Of a DNA stretch of 64,000 nucleotides, positions 51,795-64,000 are shown piece by piece. Made by a program: the position numbers and the translations under genes. This DNA comes from Macrostomum lignano (Eukaryota): contig NIVC01003527.1 in assembly GCA_002269645.1 (NCBI GenBank), positions 28,822 through 92,821 on the forward strand. The letters run 5' to 3'. The notes under the pieces were generated by a model. It did no database searches, was not told the origin of the DNA, and worked only from the letters and a program-made list of their open reading frames with translations. How positions within the stretch are numbered: position 1 is the first letter of the stretch; every line of letters begins with the position of its first letter.

Positions 51795-52460
51795 TCTCTA
51801 CACCTCTCTCTCATCTCTCTACACCTCTCTCTCATCTCTCTACACCTCTCTCTCATCTCTCTACACCTCTCTCTCATCTCTCTACACCTCTCTCTCATCT
51901 CTCTACCCCTCTCTCTTATCCCTCTACATCTATCTCATCTCTCTACATCTCTCTCTCATCTCTCTACCCCTCTCTCTCATCTCTCTACACCTCTCTCTCA
52001 TCTCTCTACACCTCTCTCTCATCTCTCTACACCTCTCTCTCATCTCTCTACCCCTCTCTCTTATCCCTCTACACCTCTCTCTCATCTCTCTACCCCTCTC
52101 TCTTATCCCTCTACATCTATCTCATCTCTCTACATCTCTCTCTCATCTCTCTACCCCTCTCTCTCATCTCTCTACACCTCTCTCTCATCTCTCTACACCT
52201 CTCTCTCATCTCTCTACACCTCTCTCTCATCTCTCTACACCTCTCTCTCATCTCTCTACCCCTCTCTCTTATCCCTCTACATCTATCTATTATCTCTCTA
52301 CATCTGTCTCTCATCTCACTACATCTCTCTCATCTCTCTACATCTATCTCTCATCTCACTACATCTCTCTCATCTCTCTACATCTATCTCTCATCTCACT
52401 ACATCTCTCTCATCTCTCTACATCTATCTCTCATCTCACTACATCTTTCTTATCTCTCTA

Positions 52461-52510
<50 letters not shown>
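51795..52510. repeat. 22-bp CT-rich minisatellite (CTCTCTCTCATCTCTCTACACC)n ending in (CT)n
   Basis: Direct reading. Confidence 0.92.
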
Positions 52511-52513
<3 letters not shown>

Positions 52514-52914
52514 CTCTCATCACTTTCACTAGTTATGATGACAGCAAACAGTAAAAGTAAAAGTACACTGCTAACTTACCCATCAGGTAGCATCAAATAT
52601 TAGCTACAAGCAGCCCAGAAGTATTGACAAATAACGAGTTTTCTAACTGAAATCTGCACTCAATAAACAGGACCACTGCACAGTCGAAGTCAGACCGACG
52701 CCCTGCTACACCTCTGTTGAAAAATATTGGCTACATTAAATACTCGACTTTGCAAACAACTTTTCCCGTCGAGTCTTTTACGATGGTTTTGCGTTTGATG
52801 TAAAGTAATGTAATGTAAAGGTGAACACATAATTGCGTTGCTAAGTTGGGTATGCGGTAACTCAACATTGCTAGGTGAGCTAACTGGCCTTTTGCTTTAA
52901 AAGTGTAGATGTTG

Positions 52915-53868
52915 CTGGTGTAGATTAGAGAGGGTGATGATTCTCAGGTGTAGATGAGAGAGGGTGATGATTCTCAGGTGTAGATTAGAGAGGGTGATGA
53001 TTCTCAGGTGTAGATGAGAGAGAGTAATGATTCTCAGGTGTAGATGGGAGAGGGTGATGATTCTCAGGTGTAGATGAGAGAGGGTGATGATTCTCAGGTG
53101 TAGATGAGAGAGGGTGATGATTCTCAGGTGTAGATGAGAGAGTGATGATTCTCAGGTGTAGATGAGAGAGGGTGATGATTCTCAGGTGTAGATGAGAGAG
53201 AGTAATGATTCTCAGATGTAGATGAGAGAGTGATGATTCTCAGATGTAGATGAGAGAGTGATGATTCTCAGGTGTAGATGAGAGAGTAATGATTCTCAGG
53301 TGTAGATGAGAGAGGGTGATGATTCTCAGGTGTAGATGAGAGAGTAATGATTCTCAGGTGTAGATGAGAGAGTGATGATTCTCAGGTGTAGATGAGAGAG
53401 GGTGATGATTCTCAGGTGTAGATGAGAGAGGGTGATGATTCTCAGGTGTAGATGAGAGAGGGTGATGATTCTCAGGTGTAGATGAGAGAGGGTGATGATT
53501 CTCAGGTGTAGATGAGAGAGGGTGATGATTCTCAGGTGTAGATGAGAGGGTGATGATTCTCAGGTGTAGATGAGAGAGTAATGATTCTCAGGTGTAGATG
53601 AGAGAGTGATGATTCTCAGGTGTAGATGAGAGAGGGTGATGATTCTCAGGTGTAGATGAGAGAGGGTGATGATTCTCAGGTGTAGATGAGAGAGTAATGA
53701 TTCTCAGGTGTAGATGAGAGAGTAATGATTCTCAGGTGTAGATGAGAGAGGGTGATGATTCTCAGGTGTAGATGAGAGAGGGTGATGATTCTCAGGTGTA
53801 GATGAGAGGGTGGTGATTCTCAGGTGTAGATGAGAGGGTGATGATTCTCAGGTGTAGATGAGAGGGTA
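52915..53868. repeat. 28-30-bp minisatellite (GATTCTCAGGTGTAGATGAGAGAGGGTGAT)n
   Basis: About 32 units. Confidence 0.94.
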
Positions 53869-54438
53869 ATTCGCACTACAGGTAAAGGTCCACTTTGATC
53901 CTCAATAATATGCAGCATCATCTATTTCAAAGCTATTGCACTGCAATTGCAGGCAGACAAAGCAGTAGGCAAGTGCGGGCCCCAACCGACAATGAATTGT
54001 ACAGCACTGCATTGCTAATCATTTTGAGTCGGTTCAGGTTTACACTGCAGCGGCTGTGCTCTCAAAGAACTTTAATGAAATTCTCTCCTCAGTGTTGAAT
54101 GGAAGTTCAATATGCTGCGAAGACAAAGAATTATGAATGCAGACGGATCTGAGCAATTTTGCTGTTCAGGTTTGCTGAATTGTTGAGAATGAATGACAAT
54201 AGGAACATATGCATGCCTTTGTAGCATTTTATAGCACAGCCTATACATGTATAGAACTGCCACCTGTGCAGTCCTCTGTGCCCCCCCCCCTAGCTCAACT
54301 GACTTCTCAAATTTTTCTTTTATCTCTCAGGATTTTCATACGAGGGTGGCGCCGCGTGTGTGGCGGGCGCCAGCACCAGAGGCGGCAGAAGAGGGCAGAG
54401 AGGCCCCCCCCTCAATCGCCCACACTGGAGTTGCGCTG

Positions 54439-54656
54439 GGGGTTGTAGCCTAGTGGTCAGAGCGTCGGACTGACGACTGGAAGGTCGGGGGTTCGATTCT
54501 CGACCCACTCGGAAAAATTTGTGTCCTTGAGCAAGACACTTGACTCTGCATTGCTGTTCTCAGCTGTAAAATGGGGCTGGGGTAATTGAGGGTGTGTGGC
54601 TATTAGGGCAGGTGTATTCAATTATTATTATTATTAATAATAATGTTATTATTATT
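54439..54656 (+). mobile_element. tRNA-derived SINE, copy 3 (internally deleted) with (ATT)n tail
   Basis: Same head and GTGTCCTTGAGCAAGACACTT body; the 3' half is shortened. Confidence 0.85.
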
Positions 54657-54699
54657 GTAGTCTCTTCAATTGTAACTCCTGCGTACGAGCTACGCCACT

Positions 54700-55338
54700 G
54701 GCCAGCACCAAGGGGCGCCAGCACCAAGGGGCGCCAGCACCAAGGGCGCCAGTCACCAAGGGGCGCCAGTCACCAAGGGGCGCCAGTCACCAAGTGGCGC
54801 CAGCACCAAGGGGCGCCAGCACCAAGGGCGCCAGCACCAAGGGGCGCCAGCACCAAGGAGCGCCAGCACCAAGGGGCGCCAGCACCAAGGGCGCCAGCAC
54901 CAAGGGGCGCCAGCACCAAGGGGCGCCAGCACCAAGGGGCGCCAGCACCAAGGGGCGCCAGCACCAAGGGGCGCCAGCACCAAGGGCGCCAGCACCAAGG
55001 GCGCCAGCACCAAGGGCGCCAGCACCAAGGAGCGCCAGCACCAAGGGCGCCAGCACCAAGGGCGCCAGCACCAAGGGGCGCCAGCACCAAGGGGCGCCAG
55101 CACCAAGGAGCGCCAGCACCAAGGGGCGCCAGCACCAAGGGGCGCCAGCACCAAGGGGCGCCAGCACCAAGGGCGCCAGCACCAAGGGGCGCCAGCACCA
55201 AGGGGCGCCAGCACCAAGGGGCGCCAGCACCAAGGGGCGCCAGCACCAAGGGGCGCCAGCACCAAGGGGCGCCAGCACCAAGGGGCGCCAGCACCAAGGG
55301 CGCCAGCACCAAGGGGCGCCAGCACCAAGGGGCGCCAG
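54700..55338. repeat. 17-18-bp minisatellite (GGCGCCAGCACCAAGGG)n
   Basis: About 36 units; preceded directly by a hAT-like end CTACGCCACTG. Confidence 0.94.
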
Positions 55339-56019
55339 CCAGACACATTTTTTGCAAGACATGCAAGTGAAAAACGGCCTCTAAAAACTGAAGCACTTAA
55401 ACAAATTTCTCACCTAGGAAAGTCGACCATAGCAAGAGAGGCAGACGTGGCTTCAGAAGAGTTCTTCTGCTCTTGCTGCTCCTGCTGCTGCAGTTCCGGA
55501 GCCTGCGTTGTGGCTATGATGCGCGCTTCATACTGAGATTTACCAAGCCTGGTTACTAAACAAGCCGAGTCCCTGCTTTTCTGAGCTGCTGGAAACTAGT
55601 TTAATACTGAGCTGGAAATATCCAGAGCTTTAGTAGAAGAAAACTTTCTTCTTCAAGCCAAACAAGTTTTGACTCTTGTCGCCCTGAGCACACAATATAC
55701 AGGTAAAATGCTCATAGCACAAGGCTTCGAAACCATTATAATGGCTGACCTGAGAGCAGTGTGGACTCAAGGTCTGATTTCGACTGACCAATACACACAC
55801 ACGCAGCAGAGACCTACGGGACTCCTGCAGCCTATGCGACAGAAATGGATTGATAATAATTTAAGACCCGACCGTGGACTTCTTGGCGAAGAATTTGGAA
55901 AGCGCGGAAACCACTTACTCAGTTTCCGGCCAATGAGAGGCGACTGCTACGAGTACTGCTAATTCATCATCAACAGAATCCTGCGACAAGGAACCATTTG
56001 TAAAGTTTGTTTGAGTTTG

Positions 56020-56290
56020 AGCAACTGAGGATCTGAGAGGCTGGCCCAGCAACTGAGGATCTGAGAGGCTGGCCCAGCAACTGAGGATCTGAGAGGCTGG
56101 CCCAGCAATTGAGGATCTGAGAGGCTGGCCCAGCAACTGAGGATCTGAGAGGCTGGCCCAGCAACTGAGGATCTGAGAGGCTGGCCCAGCAACTGAGGAT
56201 CTGAGAGGCTGGCCCAGCAACTGAGGATCTGAGAGGCTGGCCCAGCAACTGAGGATCTGAGAGGCTGGCCCAGCAACTGAGGATTTGGGA
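56020..56290 (-). repeat. 28-bp minisatellite, same family as ZFAND intron 1
   Basis: (GCAACTGAGGATCTGAGAGGCTGGCCCA)n. Confidence 0.92.
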
Positions 56291-56994
56291 GTTGGTGCCC
56301 ACAGATACTGGGCAACACTACAAGCGAAATATAGAAGACAAAGGCAAAGGCATTTCCCAATCCAGACTATATATATAACTCCGGATTCCTTGACCCTGGC
56401 CCCATCTCTCCTCCCCTCCGCGTGACGGCAAGAATTTTGGATTTTTGCAACTCTCCATTCCACCCAGCAGGCCAGCGATAAAAAAGTTTGCCAAGCGCAG
56501 ACTTTGTACACTCTGATGGTGGCTCTTTTGTAAGCCACGAGCCCGCCTTTCCGTCCCTGCCCATGCGCCGCATGGCATGCAGAGAGACATCTGATGTTTG
56601 CAAGCTGCCTGGCATTCCAGCCCGCCTATGCATTTGAGCAAACAGTGACAGCATTGTATTAATATATATGAATAGATGAACTTATTACTATTCAAGCCCA
56701 AGCAGAAACTAACTGGCCATAAATCTCCGGCGAGATTTCCCGTTCGCAATTTCACGGCTACGTAGGTGGGGACTGGCGCCAACTGACTGTACTTGAGTAA
56801 TGCAATTAGTTCGATTGTGTGACGCAAAGAAATTTGTGCAGCTGATTAACTCTATTTACCTCTTGATCTTCAATATGCAATGTAGAGATTCATTCAGAGA
56901 CCATAGAGATAATTATGAAATAATTATTCATTCAATCGATGAACAAGGAATGCGATTGATTAAATGTGAGGTTGGCATGCGATGACAGTGACTG

Positions 56995-57640
56995 ACTGGG
57001 GTGGCTGGCCCAGCAACTGGGGATCTGGGAGGCTGGCCCAGCAACTGGGGATCTGGGAGGCTGGCCCAGCAACTGGGGATCTGGGAGGCTGGCCCAGCAA
57101 CTGAGGATCTGGGAGGCTGGCCTAGCAACTGAGGATCTGGGAGGCTGGCCCAGCAACTGAGGATCTGGGAGGCTGGCCCAGCAACTGAGGATTTGGGAGG
57201 CTGGCCCAGCAACTGACACTCTGGGAGCCTGGCCCAGCAACTGAGGATCTGGGAGGCTGGCCCAGCAACTGAGGATTTGGGAGGCTGGCCCAGCAACTGA
57301 CACTCTGGGAGCCTGGCCCAGCAACTGAGGATCTGGGAGGCTGGCCCAGCAACTGAGGATCTGAGAGGCTGACCCAGCAACTGAGGATCTGGGAGGCTGG
57401 TCCAGCAACTGAGGATCTGGGAGGCTGGCCCAGCAACTGAGGATTTGGGAGGCTGGCCCAGCAACTGACACTCTGGGAGGCTGGCCCAGCAACTGAGGAT
57501 CTGGGAGGCTGGCCCAGCAACTGACACTCTGGGAGGCTGGTCCAGCAACTGAGGATCTGGGAGCTGGCCAGCAACTGAGGATCTGGGAGGCTGGCCCAGC
57601 AACTGAGGATCTGGGAGGCTGGCCCAGCAACTGGGGATCT
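56995..57640 (-). repeat. 28-bp minisatellite, same family as ZFAND intron 1
   Basis: (GCAACTGAGGATCTGGGAGGCTGGCCCA)n, about 23 units. Confidence 0.92.
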
Positions 57641-58110
57641 GATGGCAACAATCCAAAGATATAGTATGAGCTGTACAAATAAAGAACGAACAGCAAAATT
57701 TCCGAAAGCCTCCACAAGTAGATTTACTACTAGATTTGCTGTCCGCACAGCTAACATTAAGACATTTCTCAGAGAATGGGGGAACACAGTATATTTTGCA
57801 GCGCCATCATATTAATTGAAAATGAATTGAAGTTCGCAGGAGAGTAGCTATTATTTTGACTTCATATTAGAAAGGTTGCCGGGTTTCGCCAATATACAGG
57901 CGGAAAACAAACTATACTACTAACTACAAGAATACGAGTAGGGGCAGAATGGGATTTATTGAATTTTTCAAAAGTGAGCTGATTTAAAACAAGTCTGCAA
58001 TGATAATTATAAATTGTAGATGTTCTAATGTTTTGTTGTTGTTATTTTATTCTATTCTCGAGTCAGACCGCTAGCCAGTTTCCCTGTTTTGTAATTAGGG
58101 CTTTGTTTTA

Positions 58111-58488
58111 TCACTCGTCACTCTCAGGCGGCGGGTACACCTGAGGGTGCTTCTGGAACAGGTACTCGAACAGCGGCTGCTTGCCGTCTCCCCAAGGGAA
58201 AGGCTTGGTGATTTTATTCCACTCCCAGTTCGGGAGGGCCGGCCCGTCCGGGTGCGACTCGTGGAACTCGTGCTCCCGAGTCTCCATGTTGTAGAGGCCG
58301 AAAATCAGGCAGGGCAGGGCGGCCACGAAGGTCAGGGCGCTCCACATCTTGGCGGTGTTCTCGTAGCTCTTCACCTCCGCCTCGGTGCGGATGTAGTGGT
58401 GGCTCAGCCGGGCCTGCTGGGCGGCGGCCGAGCGCACGAGGCGAGCGGCGGTGAGAAGCTTCAGCGACTGCATCATGAGTGCGGGCAT
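58111..58488 (-). CDS. COX6A: Cytochrome c oxidase subunit 6A, single exon, 125 aa
   Basis: Basic N-terminal presequence-like segment, one TM segment MWSALTFVAALPCLIFGLYN, His-rich linker and the TKPFPWGDG signature of COX6A. Confidence 0.9.
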   Translation of the reverse strand: MPALMMQSLKLLTAARLVRSAAAQQARLSHHYIRTEAEVKSYENTAKMWSALTFVAALPCLIFGLYNMETREHEFHESHPDGPALPNWEWNKITKPFPWGDGKQPLFEYLFQKHPQVYPPPESDE

Positions 58489-58519
58489 GCAAGCATTGGG
58501 GTTGGTGTTCTGAGAATCT

Positions 58520-58975
58520 GGACTCGGTGACTCACTGACCCAGGAATCTGATGGACTCTGACTCCCTGACCCAGGAATCTGATGGACTCTGACTCCCTGA
58601 CCCAGGAATCCGAGGGACTCTGTGACTCCCTGACCCAGGAATCTGATGGACTCTGACTCCCTGACCCAGGAATCCGAGGGACTCTGTGACTCCCTGACCC
58701 AGAAATCCGAGGGACTCTGTGACTCACTGACCCAGGAATCCGAGGGACTCTGTGACTCCCTGACCCATTAATCTGAGGGACTCTGTGACTCACTGACCCA
58801 TTAATCTGAGGGACTCTGTGACTCACTGACCCATTAATCTGAGGGACTCTGTGACTCACTGACCCATTAATCTAAGGGACTCTGTGACTCACTGACCCAG
58901 GAATCTGATGCTCTGTGACTCACTGACCCAGGAATCTGAGGGACTCTGTGACTCACTGACCCAGGAATCTGAGGA
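58520..58975. repeat. 30-33-bp minisatellite (GACTCACTGACCCAGGAATCTGAGGGACTCTGT)n upstream of COX6A
   Basis: About 14 units. Confidence 0.92.
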
Positions 58976-59569
58976 CAAAAAGTCACTAAAACCAACGAAG
59001 CCAGTGAAATAAAATCGGTAGAAGCTAAAGCAAGCAAACATGAGGAATAATAGTTAAGCACCAAGTCAATGTGTTGTTTTGGAAAAATTTTTCATTAACA
59101 GGTGGTATAAAAAATAGCAATACTTCACTGACTATAATGAGATGTGCATTGAAGCTGTTGTAACAAAATATAAATTTTACAGAAATAAAATGCTATACTT
59201 GAACGTATTTAGCATACAAACGGAGTTGTAAAAACACTCAAAAAATAAAAGCTGACCTATGCAAAAAATGCTGCACACCTACAGACTGTATCGTTAATAT
59301 TTAACTAATTAAAAGCACATTAACTAACTTTGCAAAGGATATAAACATTAATATTGACGGAAAATGGTTAAAATGTATGCCCAATCAAATATACTGCCAT
59401 TACTACTGATTGACATGTGCAGGAAAAAGACAGATTTTATAATGGTTTGGACATTGTGAACTCATATAAACATAAGAACTCACTTAGCACTTGTGAAACG
59501 TCCGTGCAGTTAAATAATAAATTTGCTAAAATTATTCGAGCGAAATTTTGTGCGTCGAAAATGTACATT

Positions 59570-60055
59570 GAGCCAGTCTAACTGATAATATTTAAAATCT
59601 CTGCCCCCAATGTACATTCAGCCAGCCTAACTGATAATATTTAAAATCTCTGCCCCAATGTACATTCAGCCAGCCTAACTGATAATATTTAAAATCTCTG
59701 CCCCAATGTACATTCAGCCAGCCTAACTGATAATATTTAAAATCTCTGCCCCAAACGTACATTGAGCCAGCCTAACTGATAATATTTAAAATATCTGCCC
59801 CCAATGTACATTCAGCCAGCCTAACTGATAATATTTAAAATCTCTGCCCCAATGTACATTCATCCAGCCTAACTGATAATATTTAAAATCTCTGCCCAAA
59901 CGTACATTGAGCCAGCCTAACTGATGATATTTAAAATCTCTGCCCAATGTACGTTCAGCCAGCCCAACTGATAATATTTAAAATCTCTGCCCCCAATGTA
60001 CATTCGGCCAGCCCAACTGATGATATTTAAAATCTCTGCCCCAATGTACATTCAG
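59570..60055. repeat. ~48-49-bp minisatellite (AATGTACATTCAGCCAGCCTAACTGATAATATTTAAAATCTCTGCCCC), about 10 units
   Basis: Direct reading; units are contiguous with no spacers. Confidence 0.92.
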
Positions 60056-60141
60056 ACAACTAAACTGGAGAACAGCTTCTCTGCCCTAATCTACACTTAG
60101 TCATACTAACAGTGCAAAAACAAGCAATTTTAATTAGTCAA

Positions 60142-63100
60142 TTAAGCGAAGTCAGTCGTTCTCGACAGCCGGCTCGGATCCCAGTCCAGGCCCCAGTTGC
60201 GCAGCTGCTGCATGGCGGCATTCAAAGCGGCGCACCAAACCAGCCGTTGATCGCGATATTCGCAGTTCAACAGCAGCAAATTGTCCGTCTGAGAGGCGCT
60301 ACCTGCAGACGCAAGCTGAGCGTGTGCCGACGAACGCAGACCTCCTCGGCGCGAGGCCGACAGTCTGGTCAGAAGGGCAGCGGGTCAGATCTACCGACTG
60401 CAGGCAGGGCAGGCCCTGTTCGCTGTCCTCAGGTTGGGACCAGGCCCGCAGCCGCTCCGGGGTCAGCACCGTCCACAGGCGGGCCCAGGCGGCCAGATCG
60501 CCGACCACGCGGTGCCAGGACACGTAGCCGGACAGGCTGGCGCGCGGCGACGGCGTCACGCGGATCTGACAGCGAGCGGCCAGCTGGGTGGCCAGCGGAC
60601 AGGCCGCTGTAGAAGCCGACGACGACGTTGTTGAAGGACGTCGCAGTGTCAGCAGCGACGCGGCGGCGGCGTCGGCCTCGGCAGTGGCACCGACGCTGTC
60701 GCGCAGTTGAAGACAAGTTTCGCCGACTAGCTGGAATCCGGCAGCTTCAGCTTTTCCAGCATCGAGGCGGCGGTGGCAGATGCGCCAGCTGACGCGGAGT
60801 TCTTTCCACCAATGAGGGCCGACTTGATGCTCGGCGAGCGGGACACGGCGCCGCTGTTGAACGAGAAATTCAATAGTCTACGACGCTTCACGTGCGACAC
60901 GGCGGAGCCAGCGCAGGGGAGGCGGCTGACAGCAGGCTGCCGGAGCCACTGCTGCTGGCAGGGTCGTCAAGAGCGGGCATCCAGTAGATGCTCAGCATGA
61001 TCTGCGTTTGATTTTGGTGCCAAGTATAAATTATGCTTGATTTTTTCGCCAAAAATGAATTAGGCTTGATTTTGGCGCCAAGAATGAATGATGCTTGATT
61101 TTGACGCCAATAATTAATGATGCTTGATTTTTTGGCGCCAAGAATGAATGATGCTTGATTTTTGGCGCCAATAATGAATAATGCTTGATTTTTGGCGCCA
61201 AGAATGAATGATGCTTCATTTTGGCGCCAATAATTAATGATGCTTGATTTTTGGCGCCAAGAATGAATGATGCTTGATTTTGGCGCCAATAATTAATGAT
61301 GCTTGTTTTGGCGCCAAGACTGAATGATACTCGATTTTTGGCGCCAAGAATGACTGATGCTTGTTTTGGCGCCAAGACTGAATGATACTCGATTTTTGGC
61401 GCCAAGAATGAATGATGTTTGATTTTGGCGCCAAGAATGATTGCTAATATCAAGCTTTGCCTATCAATCAACTCACCTGAAAATTGTACTTCAGCTGGTT
61501 GACGCTGACGCAGTTGGGAATCTCCAGCATCACGGGCTTTGAGGACACTGCATCGGGCAGCGTGGCCGACACCAGCTCCGTGGCAATGACGCGGCCTTCT
61601 GGGCAGAGCAGCAGACAGGCGAAATGGTGACGCCAATGATGAGGCATCAGCGGCAGCTGGGTCAGGCTCAGGCGCAATCCGCTCACAGTCAGAGTGGCCA
61701 GCAGCTCAAAACTGGCGCCAATTGCGTGGGCGGAGGCAGCGGCCGCGGTTGACGACGAAGCGAAGATGCGATTGAAACGGCGTCCTCGGCGGATTCCAGC
61801 TGCCGCAGCTGCTCCTTGAGGCGGGCGGCCTCGGCCAGGTAATGCCGCCTGCGCTCCGGCCAGCAGCAGGATGCGGCAGGTCTCCACGGACTGGGAGGCG
61901 GTGGTGCACAGTGGCCGGGCCTTGCTGGCCTGGCGGAGCACCTGATGTCGGGGAGCAGGAGATGGGAGATTGGGTGACTGAGTGACTGAGATGCTGTGTG
62001 GGGTAGGTCGAGGCCTAGTGGTCTGGCCAGCGGCCCAGGCTCGATTCCAAGTGCAGTCAGTCACATTAATTTGCGGCTAAATTGGAATCTCGGCTTGGCT
62101 CTGCTCGTGCAATTAACACACCAGCTTGAGGGCCAATCCCCAAGGCACAGTGACGTGTACATGCCAACGATAAATAAAGTTAGGGCCGCTGTACACTCCT
62201 GTGAGTGTGTGCCTACTGCCTGCTCAGGGGAGTCGGCGGAATGGGCAGCAGTGCTCTTGCCACTGACAATACAATCCAAGACAGACAATGAGGGCCTTGC
62301 TTAAAGCCACTAACCGACTCCTCCAGCATGACCAGCTGCTCCAGTCGATCCAGTCGCTCTTTCAAGTCGCCAGTCAAAGCGACCCCTCAAGCGAGCTGAG
62401 AAGTCGGAGATGTCGGGCCTCGAGTTGGAGCGGACTCCCACTGGTGAGCAGGGCCTGCTGACTCTGACGATACTGCTCGATGGTGATTGGCGGCGTGCGA
62501 CTGGGAGACACCGTCTGCTTGCAGGCGAACGAAAGTCGTGCTGCGGAGTAGGTTGCTGCTGCTGCTGCTGGAAGCTGGAGATGTCTTCCCGCTTCAAGCT
62601 CGGATCGCCCTGTAATGAGTTGATTTGGAGCTCACATTGTGCATGTGCTGACTCATGTCTTGGAAAGCGGATTCTGACACTCAATGAGCCACTGGAGTCT
62701 CTTCTCTGACTCATCGACAGAGTCTGACTCTCGCCTCTGACTCTCATCAGCAGATTCTTACTCTCGCTCTGATTCTCATCAGCAGATTCTTACTCTCGCC
62801 TCTGACTCTCATCAGCAGATTCTTACTCTCGCCTCTGACTCTCATCAGCAGATTCTGACTCTCCTCTGACTCTCCTTAGCAGAATCTGACTCTTCCCTCT
62901 GACTCATCAGCAGATTCTGATTCTCCCCTCTGACTCCCATCAGCAGATTCTTACACTCCCCTCTTGACTATCATCTGCAGATTCTGACTCTCCTCTGACT
63001 CTCCTCAGCAGAATCTGACTCTTCCTCTGACTCATCAGCAGATTCTGACACTTAATGGGCCACTGCTGACACTTTTTGAATCATTGGCGGATTCCGACTG

Positions 63101-64000
63101 AAAATATGCTGTGTCCATCGAATTAAGAGTATCTAAACTATAGGTACGATGCCATCATCATAATTCACCTATTCTCAGGCGTTCGAGTCTCCACAGATTC
63201 AGCTTCCATGGGACGAAGAGGCGGCAAAACGGCTGGCGATTTTTCACCAGACTATTAGCATCACCGGCGCAGAAAACGTTGGGCATTTCTGTCATCAGCA
63301 TCCGGTCGAAGGAGCCAGACGAGTCGCTTCGTTGGCGATCTTTGACAACACCGTCGCGCGACAACTTCGAGGTCTGCTCTTGGCTCTTAGTCGTTGAAGC
63401 GGCTGTCTCGCCAGCTTCAGTAGCACCAGCAATAGCATCCATTGGTTCATTGTCAACCTTCTCAGCGGCTTCAGACTCTTCTTCTATCGGTTCAGTAACA
63501 TCAGGCTCTTCATCATTTTAACCTTATCAGCAGCTTCAGACTCTTCTTCTATCGGTTCAGTAACACCAGGCTCTTCATCATTTTTAACCTTCTCAGCGTC
63601 AGACTCTTCTATCGTTCAGTAAGATCAGGCTCTTCATCATTCTTAACCTCAGCGGCTTCAGGCTCTTCTATTAGTTCAGTAACATCATGCTCTTCATCAT
63701 TCTCAACCTTCTCAGCAGCTTCAGAATCTTCTGTTGGTTTAAAGAAGCAACATCGATGAAATTCTTCTCACAACAATCGGAATCTGGTCTGCCAAGCCAG
63801 CATCATCCTTCTTCTGCTCGGATCTGTGCACCTTAGCGACCGCGATATGAGCAAGATTGAGCCTGGGCTGCTAGCAATTTTTGGCGCATAGCGGCAACCA
63901 AACCGCCAGCCGGAGGCGCGTCGGCCTCTTCGGCTGTCTTCTCTTCCTGTTTCTGTGCTTATTCTCATTCACTTCAACTCGATCTAGTGTTGATGAAGAA
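60142..64000 (-). CDS. ANLN: Anillin-like protein (Rho-binding helix, anillin-homology C2, PH domain), multiply frameshifted, 5' end outside the window
   Basis: Exon blocks >64000-63169, ~63090-62315, 61941-61477, 61001-60142. RBD-like LKERLDRLEQLVMLEESVLRQASK..ETCRILLLA; C2-like LTVSGLRLSL..NFQIMLSIYWM; PH-like LSGYVSW..AWARLWTVL..LRAWSQPEDSE..EEVCVRRHTL..RDQRLVWCAALNAAMQQLRNW. Joining these needs about 7-8 frame changes. Confidence 0.72.
61010..61440. repeat. ~30-bp minisatellite (TGATGCTTGATTTTTGGCGCCAAGAATGAA-like) in an anillin intron
   Basis: Direct reading; GGCGCC core. Confidence 0.9.
62730..63050. repeat. ~30-bp repeat (CTCTGACTCTCATCAGCAGATTCT..) within the anillin-like gene
   Basis: Direct reading; coding status uncertain. 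Confidence 0.8.

Noticed and set aside
54594-55396. Gly/Ala/Pro-rich collagen-like ORFs
   Set aside because: Products of a 17-18-bp repeat whose mixed unit lengths continually shift frame.
58111-58488. COX6A as a gene nested in an intron of one long ZU5 gene spanning 43.7-64 kb
   Set aside because: The 60-64 kb exons encode an anillin-like protein with its own stop at 60142, so they are a separate gene and COX6A is intergenic.
59570-60055. Regular ~48-bp repeats, and the 35-41-bp arrays at 26393 and 29668, as CRISPR arrays
   Set aside because: Units are contiguous with no unique spacers, there are no cas genes, and the context is eukaryotic.
61477-61620. KPVMLEIPNC segment as a ZU5 domain
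   Set aside because: The surrounding sequence fits the anillin-homology C2 domain better and is followed by an anillin-type PH domain.

Overview
Eukaryotic (animal) genomic DNA with GC-rich exons and introns filled with tandem repeats. The style suggests a free-living flatworm such as Macrostomum, but that is inference only. Bases 1-13,000 are an AT-rich, gene-free field of non-autonomous DNA transposons, several with clear terminal inverted repeats (TIRs) and 8-bp target-site duplications (TSDs). It includes a three-tier nest: a TIR element containing a second TIR element that carries a satellite, which in turn holds a 5'-truncated RNase H-bearing non-LTR retrotransposon. I rebuilt seven protein genes by hand from splice sites and reading-frame phase: an A20/AN1 zinc-finger protein (ZFAND5/6-like, +), a rhodopsin-class peptide-receptor-like GPCR (-), a DEG/ENaC channel (+, head-to-head with the GPCR), a 797-aa orphan (+), a ZU5-ZU5-UPA-death-domain protein (-, with a probable GC-AG intron), an intronless COX6A (-), and an anillin-like gene (-) broken by many frameshifts and running off the window end. 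There are three copies of a tRNA-derived SINE and about 30 micro- and minisatellite arrays, which account for most long ORFs in the supplied track. I found no CRISPR array, rRNA or true tRNA, and no clearly new enzymatic system. The most unusual signals concern repeat and transposon biology: a satellite born from a transposon subterminal motif, an ETS-CRE motif array in the GPCR intron, and several GGCGCC-cored minisatellites.
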